From NCBI RefSeq assembly GCF_004010195.1, contig NC_057731.1, positions 33,826,225 to 33,890,224 of the forward strand: DNA of 64,000 nt. Direction: 5' to 3'. Positions 10,201-21,595 of the stretch are shown here, in pieces; the first letter of the stretch is position 1; each line of letters begins with the position of its first letter. The notes below the pieces were generated by a model. That model had not been told where the DNA came from and ran no database searches. It saw only the letters and a list, made by a program, of their open reading frames with translations. This DNA is from Chiloscyllium plagiosum. Lineage: Eukaryota. A program made the position numbers and the translations under genes.

Positions 10201-13200
10201 CATAAAAAAAAAATATCAGGACAATGATGTGCAACTAAGGTAGAGCCTGACATAGGTTATTAAAATCTGTGGTATTGTGACTTGCGAAATGGAACACTCC
10301 TCCAATATAATAGTTTTCTCAAGCCAGCAGGCTGGATCAGTAGGAGCTATAGATTAGTATGCTGTTAAAACCAAGCATCAGCAACCTCTGTTCCAAAGAT
10401 TGGCAAATTTTTTTTTGCTTGCTTTCTTGCACTACTATAACGGAGTTTGTTGCATTGTTGGTGGTGCTATCTTTTAGATTTGTTAATTCTGCTGCTTTAG
10501 GTAGACACAAGTGGTCTTACAATTTTCTTCCCTCCCTCAAAATAATCATAAACTGATCTTTTGAGGATACATATTCATAGTCCATATGTAGAGCTTCACT
10601 CTATATACATAATGTTTGTGACTTTGCCTAAATAATTATATTTGAAAAGTGCACTGTTGTAAGCATTTTGGAATTTTCTGACAATGTAAAAGGTGTGCAA
10701 GTTTTTTTTTATTATTTTCCTCACCTCTATTCCCTTTTGTGTCCTGCCCAAAGACCGGCTGTTGGCTCATTACCTTCTGATAATTTTGTCCTCAGCCACG
10801 TTCCTTAACAGATTTGTGCATGGTAGATTGTCGGGGCAGAGCTAGGAGGCATGTGCCCATTCTGCCTTAAGCAGAGCAGGAATTGAACCTGTGCTTTATT
10901 TCATTAGTCTCAGCTTGAATTTAAATCTGAATTTAAATTTTGAATTTTAAAACTTGTTTGGTTGCAGATTGAAATGAAAGCTCTTGACTCAGGCTGATTG
11001 GCAGTCTTTTTCCACATCTCCACAAATTTTTAGAAGATAGAGTTTTTACTAACTACACATTACAATAGGAATTTGCAGAAAAAAGTTAACTTTTAATTGG
11101 CATTTTTTTCTGTTCTGCCAGAATTGTACACTGTTTTATTAATATTCTGTTCCTACCTGAAATTGAATGATGCGGTTCTCATTTTTTTTGCACATTTATA
11201 GTTTTACTCCACTTAAGTGAAATTTCCATTTCTGTTTTTAACTATGTATGTTGGAATTAATGCCTTGTCATGCAGTGATAAAGAAAGACCTTGCACTATA
11301 TCGTATGTCCCCCATTGTCAGCTGTGCAGCACTAATCCATCACTGCTCAGAAGTGTTTGTCTAGATTAAGCAGAAATGCTACTTTGTAGATGTAGCTTAC
11401 ATCTGAGAGTCCAACAACCAAGCACACAACTGACATGTGCTCGTGATTGTAAGCCATCAGCATGTGGACCCCTTGACACTGTTGCAATTAATTCTTAAAC
11501 TATTCAAAAAAAAGTTGTGGATGCAGGTTTGTGGAGGTTGGCAGAACAAGCTCACATGGTGCAACAAAGGTGAGAAAAAGAGGGTCAATTTTCCAATGGC
11601 AAAAGGTTGAGGAAGATCAGTTTTCCTAACGAGTAGCCATCAGTAGATGTGATTGTGCAAAGTTTTAGAATAGAATGGGATAAGTGTAGTGATGCTTCTG
11701 AATCCTAGAACTAAGTCTTGAATGTGCTACACAAGAAACCATTTGGATGTGAGTGCTTTAGCAGGCTTAAAGCAGTTTCGAGAACATGTATTTTAATGGA
11801 GTAGATATCAAAACAATTTTTCCTCAACAGTAGGATTGGTAATGGAGGATCCAGGCATTAGGTTGTTGGCAAACATACCCTATCTAAAAAGAAACCTTTC
11901 GTATGTAGTGAGTCCTAATGATCTGGAATCCACTACGTGGAAGAATGATGGAAATATTTCAGAAAGGATTTAATGTATGGATAAAAACTTTGAGGTAAGG
12001 TTAAAGATGGGGGAAGTCCAGCTCCTTTCAAGTGCTGGTATGGGCATAATGAACTGAAAGGCTTTGTTCTGTGCTCCAGCATTCCATGAATTCACAGAAT
12101 AAAGGCTGCAAAAGCAGAATAAGCAATCCCTCATTCTGTTCTCACTCAAACTGCCTATTCATGAATCGCGTCATTTTAAGAGAAGACTTGCATCCTCAGT
12201 GTCTCCTGTCAAATCTCCTAGAACCTGATAGAAACATTACAAGTCTATTAAAGTTTTCTGGCATCTGTAACTATCACTTAAAGCACAATATGCTTACGTC
12301 TGCCACATTTATCAAAAGTTGATGGTTAAGTGCTTACTGAAGAAGTGACAAATACTTATTCTCAACAATTCCTTTCTATGTTGCCAAATTTTGTCTATGT
12401 AACATGCATATCAATTTTGTTATCACATACTTTATCATTGCTGCCAAAGGGGAATTTGCTCATATGGCACTTTGCGTTTGCCATTGCAGTGTAAAGCATC
12501 TCATGAAGCAATAGTGTATCTCAACCAGTGACCTTGAATAACTTTAACTGCATGATTGTAACCTTCCATATCAATTATTCTGTGACTCGATGTTGACAGC
12601 TTTCCCTCTGACCTAAATTACAAGTAGCTTTTTCTTCAGCAACTTAAGGCACTTTATCAGGTGTCGAAGATTTAATTTCAGTTTGAACAACGCTTGAACT
12701 TCAGATTCAGAATTAAAACAACCATGTGCTAGCATTGTGTTCTATCTATTGCCTATACTCAGTTTTAAACATTAATGCTTTTTCCCCATCACTGAAACAC
12801 TTCAGGTATGTTTTCAACTCGTTTCAGTTTAACGATGCTTGAATAGAAGTGTGACAATTCTTCGCATTATAAATTTGAGATATGATCAATGCATTACTAA
12901 CAGATATTTATAGAATTATATTTTCTCATTTACTCACATCTAAAATGTTCCAATTTTTCCAGAGGTCTTTTCATCATAGATACAAACGGCATTATCAAGC
13001 ATATTGGCATCAATGACCTGCCTGTAGGTCGCAGTGTTGAAGAGACTCTACGTTTGGTTAAGGCCTTCCAGTTTGTGGAAACACACGGAGAAGTTTGCCC
13101 AGCTGATTGGACACCTCACTCTCCAACGGTTTGTTCAAATTCAGTGTGTTACAATTTAATGAAATGGCATTGTTTGTGCTTTTTTTGTGTTCTGTGTAAA

Positions 13201-14679
13201 AGCAAAACCAGAATTCTGTTGCAAATGATTTGAACACAATATTTTCATGTATTACAAAATCTCTATTTCCTTGTTATTCCTCAAATGTCCACATGTATGT
13301 CAAATTTCTTGTTTAAATCAGTAGATTTCCCATTTAATGTAGCTGTGTTTTAACATACTCCCAATAACCACTGACATCAACTGTTCCTCCTTCCAGCAGA
13401 GCTAAAGATGCATTTCCTCTCTTCCTCTCTTCAAACTAATGACGATTATGCTAAATACAACTTTTCTTACAATGTACATTTTTATCTTAATCTCTAGTTT
13501 TTGTATGTTGGTTTAGGTAAAATCGAACATTCCTTCTTTAGAAGACTAACTTTCTTTAATGGTGTGTCTTTTCTTTAAGGAGAAAGTGAGGACTGCAGAT
13601 GCTGGAGATCAAAGTTGAAACTTTATTGCTGGAACAGCACAGCAGGTCAGGCAGCATCCAGGGAACAGGAGATTCGACGTTTCGGGCACAGGCCCTTCTT
13701 CAGGCCATTCCTGAAGAAGGGCCTGTGCCCGAAACGTCGAATCTCCTGTTCCCTGGATGCTGCCTGACCTGCTGTGCTGTTCCAGCAATAAAGTTTCAAC
13801 TGTCTTTTCTTTAAAACAGTTGTGTGAAGAAGAATGGTTTGATTTTACAGTATTAAATGTTATAGATTATTTTGGCAACATAGGCTGTTTCAGTGCTCCA
13901 AAGTTGCTGTAATTCAGTTTATAACTTGCTATCGGCAATACTAATCTGTAGTTCATGACATATTAAAGTTTAGTCAACAAGTTTACGCATAAGATTACCA
14001 ACAAAAGTAACAATCCAGTTGTCAGATCCTGGTACTAGGACAGAAATCCCGCATAATTAAAATGGAAGCTTACACTGCTTCCTCAATTTTCATTATTGGA
14101 GAAGTTATTTGGCTCCTGAAGAAGGGCTTATGCCCGAAACGTCGATTCTCCTGCTCCTCGGATGCTGCCTGGCCTGCTGTGTTTTTCCAGCAGCACATTT
14201 TTCAACTCTGGTACTCCAGCATCTGCAGTCCTCACTTTCTCCTTTTAATGTGATATCTTGATTGACATTGGCATTGGGGAATTGAAGCTATTTAACACAT
14301 GCTGTGTGTTGATACTATATTTTGTGCACGGTTATACTGTTTATTTGACTAATTTACATTCAGTTCCTTCCTCAATTGATCCAAAGTCAAAAGGGTGAAA
14401 TGGGATTGCAATTGTATTCACCATAATCAATATAAGACAACGGCTTTCAGTATATTACCAATGACCATTTCCAATAAATTTCTGAACTGCCTTGAGCTAT
14501 CTGCACTTACAAATTCCCATGTTTATACTGCACCCTGTAACTTAAATTTTAAAAGATTAAATAACTTTAATAGCAAACATGTGTTTCACTAAGTGTAATA
14601 AATTTGTTCATGATTTATTTTACAGATCAAGCCTTCCCCAAAAGGTTCTAAGGAATACTTTGCAAAGGTCAAGGAGTAG
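4266..14679 (+). CDS. PRDX3: Peroxiredoxin-3 (mitochondrial typical 2-Cys peroxiredoxin), 7 coding exons, ~247-250 aa
   Basis: Join 4266-4280(or 4289),4903-5029,6179-6320,8618-8753,9176-9279,12963-13128,14626-14679. All introns are GT-AG and phases are consistent. The product has an Arg/Ser-rich targeting peptide, then [30 protein letters not shown] (peroxidatic Cys), [12 protein letters not shown] (resolving Cys) and KEYF. Confidence 0.97.
4903..5029 (+). CDS. PRDX3: PRDX3 exon 2 (mitochondrial targeting peptide [17 protein letters not shown]...KCNFST)
   Basis: ttttgtag acceptor and A|gtaagt donor; 127 nt open frame, phase 0 to 1, with no acidic residues. Confidence 0.88.
6179..6320 (+). 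CDS. PRDX3: PRDX3 exon 3 ([47 protein letters not shown])
   Basis: ttccag acceptor and gtaagt donor; 142 nt; classic Prx N-terminal motif. Confidence 0.97.
8618..8753 (+). CDS. PRDX3: PRDX3 exon 4 ([45 protein letters not shown])
   Basis: tttgcag acceptor and AAG|gtatgg donor; 136 nt; contains the peroxidatic Cys. Confidence 0.98.
9176..9279 (+). CDS. PRDX3: PRDX3 exon 5 ([35 protein letters not shown])
   Basis: ttcag acceptor and AG|gtaaga donor; 104 nt; GGLG motif. Confidence 0.97.
9447..9690 (+). mobile_element. HE1/V-SINE-like SINE (5'-truncated) in PRDX3 intron 5
   Basis: V-domain-like ggagtttgcacattcttccc...ggtttcctcccaca with a CR1-like 3' tail. Confidence 0.8.
12963..13128 (+). CDS. 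PRDX3: PRDX3 exon 6 ([55 protein letters not shown])
   Basis: tttccag acceptor and ACG|gtttgt donor; 166 nt; contains the resolving Cys. Confidence 0.97.
13579..13800. mobile_element. Palindromic PLE-derived mini-element in PRDX3 intron 6
   Basis: ~90-bp near-perfect inverted arms; 14-bp TSD TGTCTTTTCTTTAA (13565-13578 and 13801-13814). Confidence 0.88.
13707..13742 (+). ncRNA. Minimal type I hammerhead ribozyme motif (representative copy)
   Basis: ATTC-CTGAAGA-A-GGGC-CTGT-GCCC-GAAA-CG-TC|GAAT. Stem I is ATTC/GAAT, the core is CUGANGA/GAAA, stem II is GGGC/GCCC, and palindromic ACGT replaces stem III. Activity is untested. Confidence 0.7.
14114..14242 (+). mobile_element. Single-arm PLE terminal repeat with hammerhead motif (core at 14116-14143)
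   Basis: cctgaagaagggcttatgcccgaaacgtcgattctcc...ctcactttctcc. Confidence 0.82.
14626..14679 (+). CDS. PRDX3: PRDX3 exon 7 ([17 protein letters not shown])
   Basis: tttacag acceptor; YF motif; TAG stop at 14677-14679. Confidence 0.95.
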   Translation: MKPSPKGSKEYFAKVKE

Positions 14680-15051
14680 CCTCTAAATTTCATTCTTACT
14701 ATTCTTGTTCCAGCTTGGATTTTTTTTTGAATGTTTTTAAACCAGGGAATAGTGTTGGTTGTCTGATTTTTAAAATTCAGAAAGTACTATATTTAAAATG
14801 TCTGTCTAGTAATTTTGAATGAAATCAAGTACTAGCACTACTGAATTCTCTCTCAGAAGACATGTCTTGAAGAAAGCCAAATGTACAAGGTCTGGCAATA
14901 TATTGTGACAACTAATATTGAGATAGCTAACCAGGTACCAGAAATTGATTGTCTCCTGAGATTTATTTTTTATGAGCTCTACATTTAAACTTATTGTTTA
15001 AATAACCACTGACTTGATTTTTAAAATATATCATTATCATGCCTGCCTCAA

Positions 15052-15057
15052 AATAAA
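15052..15057 (+). terminator. Probable PRDX3 polyadenylation signal
   Basis: AATAAA ~370 nt after the stop codon, followed by T/GT-rich sequence. Confidence 0.6.
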
Positions 15058-15159
15058 GATATGAATGCTTATGTTCCATTGTCCTCTAATTTCTTTAAAG
15101 CTGCAACAGTGCTCAGGAATGTGTTGTTGTATTTCAGAAATTCAGACCATTAGCTAACA

Positions 15160-15660
15160 AAGTACAAAAGAGAAGTACAGCATAGGAACAGGCCTTTTGG
15201 CCCTGTAAGCCTGTGCTGATCATAATGTCCTAACTAGACTAAAAAACAAACCTGCCTTTATTCAGTCCATATCCGCCTCTTCCCTCTCTATTCATGTCAC
15301 CATCCAGATGCCTCTTAAATGTCGCCAAATTGCCTGGTTCCCCATTTCTTCTGGTGATGCGTCCCAAAGTCCTACCACTCTCTGCAGGGAAAAACCTCCC
15401 TCGCACATCTCCCTTAAACTTTTTCACCTTGAACCTATGCCCCCTTGCAATTGAAACTTTAACTGTGGGGGGTGAAAAAAGCCTCTGACTATTCAACCTA
15501 TCTATGCCTTTCATAATTTTGTAGACCTCTAAAAGGTCTCCTTCCAGCTGCTGTCTTTCCAGCAAAAACAATCCTAGTTTTTATTTTAAACCTTTCTTCA
15601 TGGCCAATGGCCTCGAGCAGGCAACAACTTAGTGAACCTTCTCCACATTCTCTCAAGTTT
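15160..15660 (-). mobile_element. Older CR1-clade LINE 3' fragment
   Basis: LEGDLLEVYKIMKG...RGHRFKV on the minus strand. Confidence 0.75.
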
Positions 15661-16889
15661 CCACATCCAAAGCATTGGAAAAATAGATTGCAAGTTAAAT
15701 ACTTAAAGCTTGTTGTGCTGAGCTAATTCTGTCATTTGGATTATTTTTGGCAGTGGATCTCTGCAGCATGACAACTATAGGATCATAAAATGGTTGCAGC
15801 ACGAATGTTATCTATTCAGCCTCCATGACTCTGGCATTCTGCAAGAATAAATCAGTTAGTTCCATTCCTTAGTCTTTGCCCCATAGTCGTACAAAATTTT
15901 TCTCTCCAGGCGTTTATCTAATTTTTCTATTGTAGCCACTATTTTTGTACCTCCAACACATTGTGCATTCTTAACCACTACCTGTATAAAAAGATTTCTC
16001 CTCAAGTTACTGTTGGACCTCAAGTTACTGTTGGTTCTTTTTTCATTCAATTTGCATTGGTGTCCTTTCATCATTGGAAGCAGTGTCTCTCAGGCAAATC
16101 ACAAGGATTTCAAAACCCTTTTGTGAAAGCTGGTTTTAACCTTTCCTTTTCAAGCTTTCATCTATGAAATTCATGTGCCTCATCCCTAGAGTTATCTTCC
16201 TAAATCTTTGTGCACCTTGCCCAATGTTTTCACCACCTACTCACTGTATGGTGCTCAGAACTGGAGATCAAGGAGCTTTTTACAATTACTTGTAGTTAGA
16301 CCAGAATATCATACCTCCTTACCAGTTCAACTTATCCCACACCTTCAATGATTTAAGCACAAATAACTCTCGCTCTGTACTTTTCAGAATTGTATTCTTT
16401 ACTTTTTCTCATTCTTTATTAAACTTAATCTGCTAAATGTCAGACCGTTCTACCAGCCTGTCCGTATTCTCAGTTTCCCAATATCTTTAAGCTTTCCAAG
16501 AGTCACTGCCTTCCACTGAGTTTGACTTAGGTTGATTTAATCATAGCTTTTAGTAAGGAATCATGTAACTGTCTGAAGAGAGAAAGGTTGCAGAACTACA
16601 GAGAAAAGGCTGGTGGAAGTATGACTGGCTAGGGAACTCATACAATCAGTTTAGACATGACTGGCATTCTGTGCTCCTACAATGTAGCCATTCTTTGATT
16701 CATACCTCATCCATGACATTTACCTCCATGTGTAGATCTATTAGTACCTAATTCATCACAACCCTCTACTGACTACGCTTCTACTATCTGTGCCTCTGAA
16801 AAACCTTTCTCTTTTGTCAAATTACTTCTCTCAATTGATTTTCTACTCCGTCCTTGACGTTTTGATTTGCTTCTAAACCTTTAAGTTCC

Positions 16890-17360
16890 TCAACTTGTTT
16901 GAGTTGTGGATGCCATTGGCTGGGCCAGAATTTATTATCCATTCTTTAAAAGGTTGTTGTGAACTTGCTTCTTAGAATGTTAAGTCTCAGTGCTGTTAGG
17001 AAGGCATTCCAGGATTTTGAAACTGAAGAAATGACTCCAAGTCTGGAGAGTGAATGGCTTGGAGGGCAACCTCTAGTTGGTTGTATTCCACATATCTGCT
17101 GTCCAGATACCACTTCCAGGTGGTAGTGATTATGGGTTGGGAAGGTGCTGTCTGAGGAGGCTTGGTGAATTTCTGTAGTGCAGCTCAGATAGTTGCAGCA
17201 CTCTACCATGGTATAGTGATGGAGGGAATGAATTTGTGGTGGCAAAGAATGGACTGCTGTGTTCTGAATGGCGTTAAGCCTCTTGATCGTGTTGGGGCTG
17301 CACTCGTCCAGGCAAGTATGGGAAGTATTCCAAACACTTTCCTGACCGGTTCCTTGAATT
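16890..17360 (-). mobile_element. Old LINE (L2/CR1-type) 3' fragment
   Basis: Minus-strand remnant ...TIKRLNAIQNTAV...IHSLHH; related to 49260-50330. Confidence 0.6.
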
Positions 17361-18414
17361 AACAAGATTAAAATAGAGCAGAATGACCATGCTCTTTCAA
17401 AGGTGCATTAGTGTATCAGGTGTGCTTCAATAACAATTGACAATGGTTACATGGCTGCCATTAAGCAAGCTTTTAATTTCCCAACTTTTTATTGAATTCA
17501 AATTCTCCATTTGTATTCAAATTAGCTAGGGCCTCTGGACAACTAGTCCAGTGACATTACTACTTCATTACCACCTCCCAAAGTGTGCACACTATTATGG
17601 GACTGGCGATCTGAAATAAAATCCAAAGTTGCTGGAAAAACTTAATAGGTCTAGCAGCATAACGGTTAGAGAAGCAGAATTAATGTTTTGCGTCCAATAT
17701 GACTCCTTGTAACCAATAACATTTGCTCCACCTTCTTAAGTTCCTGAGTACTTATCCCAATTAATACAATCCATTTAATATTTGTGTCCTTGAGATTGCC
17801 CCCCAAAAAAGCATCTAAATTCATCTTGAATGTATCTCAACATTTTTTTCTAATTTGCTTCTTCATTTGGAAATAATATTTCAAAGTATCGTCTCTTCCC
17901 TCCAAGTCTAAATTCTTACTGTTACTAATTGTGTGCTTATGATATTTAAATACTTTATTTTTTATTATTATGGTATGAGTCATGGAATTTTGCAGTGTAG
18001 GTAAAGTCTCTTGATCAGTCCCAGCCCAATTTAAGATGTAACCTGACTAGCCTGTACATGTCCAATATGGTCCAAAGCCTCAGAAATCTGATACTCTCCT
18101 CCTACAGCATTTCTCCAGCCACATGTTCAATTGATTGATCTTCCTGATCTTAATTTCACTAGTAACGCACTGGAGTAATCCTGTGACTACTGCTTATGGG
18201 GACCTCTCTTGAATTTCCTTCCCAACTCCCTGAAATCTACTTTTGAAACTCATCCCTCTTCCTACCTCTGAAGGTATTGTAGTAGAGAGGGCTTTAAATA
18301 GTGGAGGTAAGTGAATCACGTGTGAAGTGATGTGGTAAGTCAAAGGAAAACAAAAAAGTAAGAGTAGGATAGCAATTTGTGTAATGATAACCAGAGGGAA
18401 AGGGTAACTGAAGT

Positions 18415-18710
18415 TAGATTAGATTCCCTACAATATAGAAACAGGCCCTTCAGCCCAATAAGTCCACACCAACCCTCTGAAGAGTAACACATCCAGACTC
18501 ATATTTGCCCCTGACTAATGCACATAACACTATGGACAATTTAGCATAGTCAATTCAAAATCACAAAGCCTATGCATCTTTGTGATTGTGGAGGAAACCC
18601 CCACAGACACAGGGAGAACGTGCAAACTCTACACAGACCATTCCCGAGGCAGGAATTGACCCCAGGTCCCTGGCGCTGAGAGGTAGAAGTGCTACCCACT
18701 GAGCACCACC
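18415..18710 (-). mobile_element. HE1/V-SINE-like tRNA-derived SINE
   Basis: On the minus strand: A box (GGTGCTCAGTGG), B box (GGGTCAATTCC), V-domain and CR1-like tail. Confidence 0.82.
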
Positions 18711-20486
18711 AGTATTGACTTTCATAAATCTGGGGAATTCATGGAAAAAAATTGTGGAGGTATTGAGCAAAATTAACATGAGTTTGTGAAAAAGAAGCCA
18801 TGTTTAACTTATTAGAATGAGATTGAGGGTAGTAGTATGTTGAATTCAATTCCCCAGAAAACAGGAGTGTTTGGGTTATTGAACTTATTCAAGACAACTC
18901 TGGTATTTTCTTCATAGACACTGGTTATGGGGGTGATCGGGCAATTGCAGTTGAAAACACCAGATTAGTTAAGAACTAATTAAATCACAGCACAGTCTTG
19001 AAGAATCAATTAGCCTAATTCCACTTGTAAATTCTATGTTCGTGTGGAGAGGTGGATTTACCTTGTGAAATGTAAAACAGACAAAGATCATCAAGGCAAC
19101 ATTAACACAATGCAGTGAATTGTGGTAATGCTTTTGCATGTTCACTGTGGGTGTGTTGACTTCGTAGAGAATAGCCTGAAATGAAAATGCAAATAAAGTA
19201 ATGAACTGTGAACAAAAACAGTGCTGGAGAAACATAGCAGGTCTGGTAGCATCCAAAGAAAGAAAATAATGCTTACATTTCAAATTTAGTGACCTTTCAT
19301 TAGAAAGAAAATACAAACTAAAATTGGCTTCTCATTTCTCCATCAGCACATTTTCCCTACCTTCCTAATCGGTAATTTAAAGCATTTCATCTTCTAATGT
19401 GCAGTTTTTAATCTGCTATAGATTAAAAATGAAGTAGAAAATGGCAGAGATGTACACAAATATGGTTGTGATGACATGCCTGCATGTAACTGCATTATAT
19501 GTAATGGATCCTTTTAAGAATGCCATTGAAACTTGAATCTAATCTTGATAGCTACTGTCCAACTAGTCAAACTGTGCATGTGCACCAAAATTGGTGTTCA
19601 AGAGTCTGAGGACTTGCATAAGTGATGTCTAGCCCATTTTCTCCATTATTATCTTTCTATATAATTCAAATCAAGGTGCAGCTTTCCTGTTCTGAACTCA
19701 CCAACTGATTTTCCACTCTTGACAAGAAACATATGCGTATATTTTCCTTGTAATAGTTACGCATGTGCCACACCTGTGCTAATGGAATCTCAATTAACTA
19801 TTTTACTTGGCTTTGTCCAACCCTTCCTTGGACCAAAATGTTAGATTTCCCTAATCTCATTGGTATAATTAGAAACCAGTCTTGTTGATTATGGCTGAAA
19901 TTTGTTTATCTGAAATTTTCATTTTAATGGGGCTCTCTTAGCTTTTGGAATTTAGAGAAAGAACCTGATAATATTTTGTGATAACTCATCTTGTCACCAG
20001 TTGCATTAAAACAAATGAAAAGCAATGGTCGGAATCACTTAAAAATGTTTTTTTAATGACTGAAGTCTGATTTGTGGAGGGGGTCAATCCTATTGAAACT
20101 TCAGCCTTTGCCAACATAGCAAATACTTCATTAAATTTCTCATCTTTATGTGTCTGCTCTTAAATATTTAACACACTGTTTTCTATCTTGTTTACAATTA
20201 TATTAAAATATTGTGTTTCTCCTCCATAAAGTATACAAAATTAAATCTTTTTCTAAACTTTCTATTAATGATCTTTGAACCCCTTTATTCCTTGATGATA
20301 CTTTTAACAATGGGGAATTTACCAATTGGGTATTGTTTGGCCCTAGCAAGCTGTGTATTAACCCCAATTTATTTTATCAGAATAGTCAAATTCCTAGCTT
20401 GGACTCAGGTATACAGAGTGACAGATACTTTTAAAAGAATACAGCCACTTGGGATTTCTACACCAGGTTTCTCTAAAAGTATACCT

Positions 20487-20912
20487 GCAGGTTGAGTTGG
20501 TAGTTAGGAAGGCAAATACAGTGTTCCCATTCATCTTGAGAGTATTAAAATATAAAAGCAGGAATGTACCTCTGAGGCTTCATAAGTATTGTGAGCAATT
20601 TTGGGCCGCATACCTCAGGAAAGATGTATTGGCTCTGAGGCAGGTCCAGGGGAGGTTCATGAGAATAATCCCAGGAATGAAAGGCTTTATGTATGAGGAA
20701 CGTTTGAGGACTCTGGGGCTATACTTGGATTATAGAAGGATGAGAGGGGATCTGACTGAAATTTACAGAGTACTGAATGGCCTGGACAGAGTGGATTTTG
20801 GGAAGATGTTTCCATTGGCAGAGAGATGAGGTCCCGAGGGCACAACCTTAGAATAAAGAAATTTTAGAACAGAGATAAGGAGGAACTTCTTCACCAGGGA
20901 GTGGTGAAGCTG
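20487..20912 (+). mobile_element. CR1-clade LINE fragment
   Basis: YCEQFWAAYLRKD...YEERLRTLGLY...RGDLTEIY. Confidence 0.8.
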
Positions 20913-21581
20913 TGCATATTTTTAGCCTTTACAAAGAGTTCCGTGTAAGTGATAAACCTTAACAAATGTAGAAACAAGAAACTGAGAGGACTTAATGGGC
21001 ATGTTGGGAAGATCTTGAGAAGCTGAGGTAATAGTATCTACTAAACAAATTTCATAAAACATTTTGTTAATGGATTTGTGTTATGAATTGAATTTTTGCT
21101 TTCAAAAGAACATTATGGGTTGCCTACATAATTTAGAGTGATCAATAAGCTCATATTTCATAGAAAGTAGCATTTCCATTAAAAGAATATCTCTTGTTGA
21201 GGTTGTATGAAGGCACAATGCCCCCAAACCAAAAGAGTTTGACACTAGTATCATATTTTATTTACAAGGAAGAACTTGGGCTCAGTGCAGCTTGTTAAAC
21301 CAATTTGTTTTCTCCTGAAATGTCCATACATGGACAAAATTTACTCATAAGCACAATAGCCTCTTGAAGCAATTTCTTAAGATCTCAAATAGTGTTGCTT
21401 TTAATTGGAATTAAAAATAATCACCAAGCACCAGTAGATTAAATTCCAATGCATGGTTGTTTATAACAAGTATGATTGCTATCACAATGTAGTAACCGGT
21501 GTTTTCATTACCACTTGTGAAGATGACATATACCTGAGCCATTGTTCAAATTGCATTTGTTATAATGTATTGAAGCATTGT

Positions 21582-21595
21582 GCACCCCCTGCTGG
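21582..21595 (-). promoter_or_regulatory. Candidate CTCF site
   Basis: Minus strand CCAGCAGGGGGTGC is close to the CTCF core consensus. Confidence 0.5.
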
